DNA from: Eledone cirrhosa
Lineage: Eukaryota
DNA: 64,000 nucleotides
NCBI GenBank assembly: GCA_964016885.1
Contig: OZ024747.1
Span: 90,396,001-90,460,000 of the forward strand
Reading direction: 5' to 3'
Below are positions 54,809 through 64,000 of the stretch, in pieces. The translations under genes and the position numbers were made by a program. The notes beneath the pieces were generated by a model. The model did no database searches, was not told the origin of the DNA, and was given only the letters and a program-made list of their open reading frames with translations. Within the stretch, counting starts at the first letter, position 1, and every line of letters begins with the position of its first letter.

Positions 54809-57800
54809 ATGGCTATGCTAAGAGTAGGCTGTTTAAATGCGCGTGGCCTGGGCTCAACTTGGAAGCAAGCAATGCTTCTAAATGACCTCAGGTCACAACG
54901 TATAGATGTGATGGTTATTTGCGAGGCCCGGATCAGCAACGTGCGACAGCTGGCCCCCACCTTTGATGACTTTGAGATGCACGCATCTCTCTGTCAGCCC
55001 GGAGGTGGGGGTGGAGTTGTCGTTCTGCTGCAAAAACATCTGGGTCTCGCAACACAGATGGTACATTTGGACCCGGAGGGTCGACTAGTGGTTCTGGACC
55101 TTGGCAGTGGTAAAGGCGGAGCGTTTAGGTTGGTAGCCGCCTACGGCCCTTTCGGGTCAATGCGGCCGGACTTTTTCCATCGTCTGGAGACTTTTCTAGG
55201 GACGTCCCGCTCCTTGCTATTAGTGGGGGACTGGAATGGTATCCTAGATGCACGCTGGGACTACGTAGGGGCCTGCCCCGATAGAGAGGGGTGTAATAGC
55301 CTCAAAGGGTTAATCGGTCGATTTGACCTGGCCGATAGATATCGACTAGATTTTCCGACTGCGCCAACCTGGACTTGGGCAAATCGTAGCGGATCATCTA
55401 GGTCGTACCTAGATAGGTTCTTAGTTAGAATTAAGGATAAGGACTTTTTAAGTTGTCCAAAAATGCGCATGGTTGGCTATTCAGACCACAAATTAGTGAC
55501 CTGCATGGTCAACCTTGACAGAACTCATAGACAGGGCCCCGGTTACTGGAAGCTCAACTTGTCCTTGCCGGCAAGTAGAGCCTACAGGAATCGGATTAGT
55601 ACGTTAGTTAAGGAACGGTTGACTGGAGCGATCGTCAACAGCAGGTGGTGGGTATCTCTAAAGAGAGAGATTAGAGTAGTCTCGATAGAATTTAGTAAGG
55701 TTCTAGCTGCGGATAGGAATAGGAAGGAAAGGGAGCTAATAGATAGAGTAGAAGAGGCAATTAGAAGCGGCGACGTGGCCAGAGTGCTAGCGTCGAGAAC
55801 GGCTTTGAGCCAGTTTTTCGACGCGAAGCACGAAGGCTGCGTTGTCCGAAGTAAAATACGTGCTCTAGGGAACGAGGGGACCAAAGCTGTTAGCTGGGCC
55901 CGCGTGACAGAGGCCAACAGTGGAACTAAATCCACCATCCAGTCTTTGTGAGACCTGGATGGACGGGCGATTCTTGAGCCTAAGCAGATGTGTGAGGCCT
56001 TTCAAAGGCACTTTGCCCGACTGTTCGGGAGGGGCGGGGAGCCGGTTGGGAACGTGGACTTCGGTCCATACCTCGACGGCCTGCCGCGCCTCTCGGACAG
56101 GGAGGCGAAGTCCTGCGAGGAGCCGATTTCGGCCGCTGAGATAGAGGACGTGCTGAGCCAATGCGGCAAACGCAAATCCCCGAGTCTCGATGGTCTTCCT
56201 TACGAATTATATCTAGCTATGCCGGACTTGTTCCCCGATCTCCTCGAGGCGGTCTACTGCAACTGGCAACAGAACGGGAGAATTCCCTGTACTGTGACCA
56301 AGGGCGTAGTCACGCTAGTGAGGAAGGACGAGAACAAGGGGGACGAAATAAGTAACTTCAGGCCCATAACACTGCTAAATACAGAGTTACAGATTTTGGC
56401 CAAGGTGCTAGCAAAGAGGTTGGCGCTTGTCGTGGGCAACCTGGTGGGAGATGCGCAGACATGCGCTATCCCGTCCAGGTCCATCCATGACAACCTCCAC
56501 CTCAAGCGATACATCATAGAGAGGGTTGGGAACGAACCTGGCTTTGGTGGGGCTCTGATCAACTTGGATCAATCTAAGGCGTTCGATAGGGTCGACCATG
56601 GTTACCTGGATGCGGTGCTAGCGGCGGCAGGCTTCGGACCCGTTTTCAGGGGCTGGATCACTGCTATGCACAGCAGCCGCATCTGCTCTAGGGTCAAGGT
56701 GAACGGCTACCTCTCGGAGCCGTTCAAAATCGCGCGGTCCATCCGACAAGGGTGCCCTCTCTCCTCCCTTCTGTATGTGTTGACTCTCGAGCCACTACTG
56801 CGGAAGTTGGAGTTGTTGCAGGGCATCCCTTTGGAACCGGGATTGCGGAAAGCGGTGTCGGCCTACGCCGATGACGTGACAGTAATGGTGTCGACGGCCT
56901 CCGAAATCGAGGCGGTCGGCACCTTACTGGAGGAGTACGAAAAGTTCACAGGGGCTAAGCTGAACCGGGACAAGTCGATCGGTTTGCAACTCGGCACGTG
57001 GAGGGGCAGACCGATGCCCTCCGATAGCGTCGTCGGACGCTGGACGGAGGGCCCGGTGAAGTTGCTCGGGGTCTGGTTCGGACCGGACCTCCAGGTGGAG
57101 AAAAACTGGGCGGAGGTTACGAACAGGGTGTTTGCACTGACCCAGAAGTGGGCCAGTTGCAAACTATCCCTGAAAGGTCGGGCGGAGGTGGCGAACACCT
57201 ACATAGCGTCCGTCATCTACTACCGCCTGACCGTAGTGCCCTGCCCAAGGGAAACCCTCACCAAGATGGAGCACGCGCTCTTCCAATTCCTTTGGAAGAG
57301 GCGGGCTCCTATGGTGAGGAGATCCATCTGCTGTCAACACCCTTCGAAAGGAGGGCTGGGGATGCCGTGGCTAATGATGCGTAAACACGCATTAAGGCTA
57401 CGGCACCTCTACGTATTCCTCACCGGACAACCGGTGTGGGCCTCGTTTGTGAGACGAACCTTTCCCAGACTCGTCTCACTCACCGAGCTGCAATCCTGGG
57501 TCAAGCAAAGACCGAGAAAACTGGGCGCCTGGCACACTGAGTGTGCCCAGGCGCTCACCGCCCTCTGGCAGGCGGATCCGGTTATCAGTGGAGACTCCAC
57601 CGCAACATTCTATAGAGGGCTGGTACGCAGCAGGTGCGACGACGCCCTCGGAGAAGCCCTAGACATGGAGGAGGACGAACTGGCCAGCCTGTTCGGTAGG
57701 ACATTCAGCCCGGGACCTATGGACAACTTCCAGAAGTCCCTGGCCTGGCAGTGCTACCGAGGGGCTTTACCCGTTCGAGAAAGGCTCTACAGACACGGGC

Positions 57801-58246
57801 GCCCGGGTAGGGACCCCGCCAAAAAGATCTGTCCCAGATGCGTGTGCGACGAGGAAACCGTTGCACACGCATTAGTACACTGCTCGGGCGTAGCCAATCT
57901 GTGGGGCTATGTCGAACAACTGCTGTCAAGGGTGGGACCGATCCGGTTAACCACCGAGTCTATTGTAATGATCAAGCCGCCTCCCCCCTTCAAAGATGAA
58001 GCAGAGGCGGTGTTTCTGTGCGTAATAGCCATGGCGAAAGAGGTTGTATGGTGGACGCGTCTGAAAGGACTGAGGTCGGGCACCTTTCTCTCTGGCCAAC
58101 AACTGGTCCGTTTCTTCCGATATCATTTCGGAAGAAGGATCAGGATGGAGAGAGAGGTGCTGCACCCCAGCCGTTTCTATGAAAGATGGGTGAAAGTGGC
58201 GAGAATGGCCCGTGTGAATGGGCCTTCACTCTACATCAGACTATAG
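54809..58246 (+). pseudogene. ORF2 of copy B, interrupted by a nonsense codon
   Basis: CGA in copy A (41549-41551) is TGA at 55949-55951, splitting the frame into the 388-aa and 752-aa ORFs. The QGCPLS and YADD motifs are retained. Confidence 0.93.
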
Positions 58247-58510
58247 GTGAGGAAGATGAAAGACCAAGGGAGCACCCCTTCTCTGTGCTCCTGAGGAGAA
58301 GGGTTGCACACTTTTTTCGGGGGTGTGTGCGACCCCCCAAGGCGCCTCCTCTCTATTGAGGATTTTGTTAAAAATTTTATTTTTTGTTATATCTTATTTT
58401 ATTTTTATATTTTGTTATTGCCTCCTCCTTATTGAGGACGCCTTTTTGTGTAAACTCCCCCCTTTGTACTTGTCCCACTTTTGATGCCCTAGTGGCAAAT
58501 AAAAGAAATA
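58247..58510 (+). other. 3'UTR of copy B, with AATAAA at 58498-58503
   Basis: Matches the copy A 3'UTR except for one substitution (58315 vs 43915). Confidence 0.8.
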
Positions 58511-61500
58511 TATCTTTATAAACACACTATGTCTCCCTTTCCTTATCTCACCTCTATCTTTGTAAACACACTATGACTCCCTTTCCTTATCTCACCTCTA
58601 TCTTTGTAAACACACTATGTCTCCCTTTCCTTATCTCACCCCTATGTCTGTAAACACACTATGTCTCTCTTTCCTTATCTCACCTCTATCTTTGTAAACA
58701 CACTATGTCTCCCTTTCCTTATCTCACCTCTATCTTTGTAAACACACTATGTCTCCCTTTCCTTATCTCACCTCTATCTTTATAAACACACTATGTCTCC
58801 CTTTCCTTATCTCACCTCTATCTTTATAAACACACTTTGTCTCCCTTTGCTTATCTCACCTCTATCTCTGTAAACACACTATGTCTCCCTTTCCTTATCT
58901 CGCCTCTATCTTTGTAAACACACTATGTCTCCCTTTCCTTATCTCACCTCTATCTTTGTAAACACACTATGTCTCCCTTTCCTTATCTCACCTCTATCTT
59001 TATAAACACACTATGTCTCCCTTTCCTTATCTCATCTCTATCTTTATAAACACACTATGTCTCCCTTTCCTTATCTCATCTCTATCTTTATAAACACACT
59101 ATGTCTCCCTTTCCTTATCTCACCTCTATCTTTGTAAACACACTATGTCTCCCTTTCCTTATCTCATCTCTATCTTTATAAACACACTATGTCTCCCTTT
59201 CCTTATCTCACCTCTATCTTTGTAAACACACTATGTCTCCCTTTCCTTATCTCACCCCTATGTCTGTAAACACACTATGTCTCCCTTTCCTTATCTCACC
59301 TCTATCTTTGTAAACACACTATGTCTCCCTTTCCTTATCTCACCTCTATCTTTGTAAACACACTATGTCTCCCTTTCCTTATCTCACCTCTATCTTTATA
59401 AACACACTATGTCTCCCTTTCCTTACCTCATCTCTATCTTTATAAACACACTATGTCTCCCTTTCCTTATCTCACCTCTATCTTTATAAACACACTATGT
59501 CTCCCTTTCCTTATCTCATCTCTATCTTTATAAACACACTATGTCTCCCTTTCCTTATCTCACCTCTATCTTTATAAACACACTATGTCTCCCTTTCCTT
59601 ATCTCATCTCTATCTTTGTAAACACACTATGTCTCCCTTTCCTTATCTCACCCCTATGTCTGTAAACACACTATGTCTCCCTTTCCTTATCTCACCTCTA
59701 TCTCTGTAAACACACTATGTCTCCCTTTCCTTATCTCACCTCTATCTCTGTAAACACACTATGTCTCCCTTTCCTTATCTCACCTCTATCTCTGTAAACA
59801 CACTATGTCTCCCTTTCCTTATCTCACCTCTATCTCTGTAAACACACTGTCTCCCTTTCCTTATCTCACCTCTATCTTTATAAACACACTATGTCTCCCT
59901 TTCCTTATCTCACCTCTAACTCTGTAAACACACTATGTCTCCCTTTCCTTATCTCACCTCTATCTCTGTAAACACACTATGTCTCCCTTTCCTTATCTCA
60001 CCTCTATCTCTGTAAACACACTATGTCTCCCTTTCCTTATCTCACCTCTATCTTTGTAAACACACTATGTCTCTATTTCCTTATCTCACCTCTATCTCTG
60101 TAAACACACTATGTCTCCCTTTCCTTATCTCACCTCTATCTCTGTAAACACACTATGTCTCCCTTTCCTTATCTCACCTCTATCTTTGTAAACACACTAT
60201 GTCTCCCTTTCCTTATCTCACCTCTATCTTTATAAACACACTATGTCTCCCTTTCCTTATCTCATCTCTATCTTTATAAACACACTATGTCTTCCTTTCC
60301 TTATCTCACCTCTATCTTTGTAAACACACTATGTCTCCCTTTCCTTATCTCACCTCTATCTCTGTAAACACATTATGTCTCTCTTTCCTTATCTCACCTC
60401 TATTTTTATAAACACACTATGTCTCCCTTTCATTATCTCACCTCTAACTCTGTAAACACACTATGTCTCCCTTTCCTTATCTCACCTCTAACTCTGTAAA
60501 CACACTATGTCTCCCTTTCCTTATCTCACCTCTATCTCTGTAAACACACTATGTCTCCCTTTCCTTATCTCACCTCTATCTCTGTAAACACACTATGTCT
60601 CCCTTTCCTTATCTCACCTCTATCTCTGTAAACACACTGTCTCCCTTTCCTTATCTCACCTCTATTTTTATAAACACACTATGTCTCCCTTTCCTTATCT
60701 CACCTCTATCTCTGTAAACACACTATGTCTCCCTTTCCTTATCTCACCTCTATCTCTGTAAACACACTATGTCTCCCTTTCCTTATCTCACCTCTATCTC
60801 TGTAAACACACTATGTCTCTCTTTCCTCATCTCACCTCTATCTCTGTAAACACACTATGTCTCCCTTTCCTTATCTCACCTCTATCTCTGTAAACACACT
60901 ATGTCTCTCTTTCCTCATCTCACCTCTATCTCTGTAAACACACTATGTCTCCCTTTCCTTATCTCACCTCTATCTCTGTAAACACACTATGTCTCCCTTT
61001 CCTTATCTCACCTCTATCTCTGTAAACACACTATGTCTCTCTTTCCTCATCTCACCTCTATCTCTGTAAACACACTATGTCTCCCTTTCCTTATCTCACC
61101 TCTATCTCTGTAAACACACTATGTCTCCCTTTCCTTATCTCACCTCTAACTCTGTAAACACACTGTCTCCCTTTCCTTATCTCACCTCTATCTTTATAAA
61201 CACACTATGTCTCCCTTTCCTTATCTCATCTCTATCTTTATAAACACACTATGTCTTCCTTTCCTTATCTCACCTCTATCTCTGTAAACACACTATGTCT
61301 CCCTTTCCTTATCTCACCTCTATCTTTATAAACACACTATGTCTCCCTTTCCTTATCTCATCTCTATCTTTATAAACACACTATGTCTTCCTTTCCTTAT
61401 CTCACCTCTATCTTTGTAAACACACTATGTCTCCCTTTCCTTATCTCATCTCTATCTTTATAAACACACTATGTCTTCCTTTCCTTATCTCACCTCTATC

Positions 61501-63241
61501 TTTGTAAACACACTATGTCTTCCTTTCCTTATCTCACCTCTATCTTTATAAACACACTATGTCTCCCTTTCCTTATCTCATCTCTATCTTTATAAACACA
61601 CTATGTCTTCCTTTCCTTATCTCACCTCTATCTCTGTAAACACACTATGTCTCCCTTTCCTTATCTCACCTCTATCTTTATAAACACACTATGTCTCCCT
61701 TTCCTTATCTCATCTCTATCTTTATAAACACACTATGTCTTCCTTTCCTTATCTCACCTCTATCTTTGTAAACACACTATGTCTCCCTTTCCTTATCTCA
61801 CCTCTATCTCTGTAAACACACTATGTCTCTCTTTCCTTATCTCACCTCTATCTCTGTAAACACACTATGTCTCTCTTTCCTTATCTCACCTCTATCTCTG
61901 TAAACACACTATGTCTCCCTTTCCTTATCTCACCTCTATCTCTGTAAACACACTATGTCTCCCTTTCCTTATCTCACCTCTATCTCTGTAAACACACTAT
62001 GTCTCTCTTTCCTTATCTCACCACTATTTTTATAAACACACTATGTCTCCCTTTCCTTATCTCACCTCTATCTCTGTAAACACACTATGTCTCCCTTTCC
62101 TTATCTCACCTCTATCTTTGTAAACACACTATGTCTCCCTTTCCTTATCTCACCTCTATCTTTATAAACACACTATGTCTCCCTTTCCTTATCTCATCTC
62201 TATCTTTATAAACACACTATGTCTCCCTTTCCTTATCTCACCTCTATCTTTATAAACACACTATGTCTCCCTTTCCTTATCTCACCTCTATCTTTATAAA
62301 CACACTATGTCTCCCTTTCCTTATCTCATCTCTATCTTTATAAACACACTATGTCTCCCTTTCCTTATCTCACCTCTATCTTTATAAACACACTATGTCT
62401 CCCTTTCCTTATCTCACCTCTATCTTTATAAACACACTATGTCTCCCTTTCCTTATCTCACCTCTATCTTTATAAACACACTATGTCTCCCTTTCCTTAT
62501 CTCACCTCTATCTCTGTAAACACACTATGTCTCCCTTTCCTTATCTCATCTCTATCTTTATAAACACACTATGTCTCCCTTTCCTTATCTCACCTCTATC
62601 TCTGTAAACACACTATGTCTCCCTTTCCTTATCTCACCTCTAACTCTGTAAACACACTATGTCTTCCTTTCCTTATCTCACCTCTATCTCTGTAAACACA
62701 CTATGTCTCCCTTTCCTTATGTCACCTCTATCTCTGTAAACACACTATGTCTCCCTTTCCTTATCTCACCTCTATCTCTGTAAACACACTATGTCTCTCT
62801 TTCCTTATCTCACCTCTATCTCTGTAAACACACTCTGTCTCTCTTTCCTTATCTCACCTCTATCTCTGTAAACACACTATGTCTCCCTTTCCTTATCTCA
62901 CCTCTAACTCTGTAAACACACTATGTCTCCCTTTCCTTATCTCACCTCTATCTCTGTAAACACACAATGTCTCCCTTTCCTTATCTCACCTCTGTCTCTG
63001 TAAACACACTATGTCTCCCTTTCCTTTTCTCAGCTCTACCTTTATAAACACACTATGTCTCCCTTTCCTCATCTCACCTCTATCTCTGTAAACACACTAT
63101 GTCTCCCTTTCCTTATCTCACCTCAATCTCTGTAAACACACTATGTCTCCCTTTCCTTATCTCACCTCTATCTTTGTAAACACACTATGTCTCCCTTTCC
63201 TTATCTCACCTCTATCTCTGTAAACACACTATGTCTCCCTT
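58511..63241. repeat. 44-bp satellite, block 3 (about 107 monomers), right end of the array
   Basis: Same monomer. The last few units are more degenerate, and the block stops mid-monomer at ..ATGTCTCCCTT. Confidence 0.98.
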
Positions 63242-64000
63242 ACAAGCGACATAGCTAACTTATTCATGGTATGGTGGGACAGTAGACTTAAACTTAAACT
63301 TAAAGAACAATTAGAAGACCCTTTAACCCTGATAATGTACTCCCGCTACGTTGATGATATAAACATCGTAGTTAAGACACCCCCACTAGCGAACAGTCAG
63401 GAACTAGAGAATAACACAATGGAAAGCATCCAGCAAATAGCAAACTCCATCCACCAGAGCATTAGAGTTACTATAGACTACCCAAGTAAACACCCCAACC
63501 ATCGATTACCTGTACTAGACACAGAGCTCTGGTTAGATACCATTAACAACAAAAAACAAATCCTCCATTCCCATTATGCCAAACCCATGACTTCCAAACA
63601 TCTGATCCACCGAAAGTCGGCCGTTTCGGACCATACCAAAATCAACATACTGATTGCGAATTTGGTACGGGTGATGAGAAATGTGTCCCGCATGTGCAAC
63701 CCCGAAGAACTAGAGAGACACATACAACACTTCATCCACCGTATGCAGTTCTCTGGCTACAATCAGAAAGATAAAATCAGAGTGTATAGAGGAGCCAGAA
63801 CCAAATGGGAAAAAATGATAAATAATGACATAAATGGGACCTGCCCCTTGTATAGGAGCAAATTTTGGAATAGAATAGAAAGAACTAGGAACAAGGCTAA
63901 TAGAATAAACTCATGGTATGATAGTTCATCGATACAACCCCTAGAGGTGAATTAACTTACAAATTTAGAAGGGCCCTAAATAAACATAAACTCAATATTA
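63242..64000 (+). mobile_element. 5'-truncated, frameshifted Penelope-like element RT fragment (continues beyond the window)
   Basis: The frame is open from the junction: TSDIANLFMVWWD (RT motif-B-like), YSRYVDDINI (catalytic YxDD), LPVLD, HYAKP..HRKSA and MQFSGY. These resemble PLE RT thumb and C-terminal motifs. The ORF-track ORF is 63266-63955. No GIY-YIG domain is visible within the window. Confidence 0.75.

Larger units (their letters stand above)
52776..58510 (+). mobile_element. Non-LTR retrotransposon, L1/Tx1 type, copy B (apparently full length, 5735 bp)
   Basis: Has a 218-nt 5'UTR, complete ORF1, ORF2 with one premature stop and the same 3' end as copy A. Colinear with copy A at a constant 14,400-nt offset with no indels. 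Flanked by TATCTTT at 52769-52775 and 58511-58517. Confidence 0.95.

Noticed and set aside
38853-58165. Many short antisense or alternate-frame ORFs (poly-Cys, poly-Val, poly-Leu etc.)
   Set aside because: They are shadows of ORF1/ORF2 and the AAC repeat, with no recognisable motifs.
55988-58246. Separate 752-aa RT gene (three-ORF element)
   Set aside because: It is in the same frame as the 388-aa ORF, and copy A has CGA at the stop, so this is a nonsense mutation.
38872-58510. The two elements as a 14.4-kb segmental duplication or assembly duplicate
   Set aside because: 5' ends differ, flanking monomer variants differ, copy A matches its own empty sites, and about 24 substitutions separate the copies. 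The round 14,400 offset is coincidental.

Overview
Eukaryotic (probably metazoan) repetitive DNA with no host genes. About 52 kb is a head-to-tail 44-bp pyrimidine-rich satellite (consensus AAACACACTATGTCTCCCTTTCCTTATCTCACCTCTATCTCTGT, about 1,190 monomers) with nested multi-kb duplications. Two copies of an L1/Tx1-type non-LTR retrotransposon, about 99.5% identical, interrupt it: 38872-44110 (5'-truncated) and 52776-58510 (apparently full length, with a nonsense codon in ORF2). ORF1 carries a CCHC knuckle; ORF2 carries APE endonuclease, RT and a C-terminal zinc finger. Both copies lie in the same orientation at the same nucleotide of the monomer, flanked by TATCTTT, yet their 5' ends and flanking monomer variants differ. 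This points to a recently active, satellite-targeting, sequence-specific retrotransposon. The array ends at 63241, joined to a 5'-truncated, frameshifted Penelope-like RT fragment. All coordinates and counts were read by eye.
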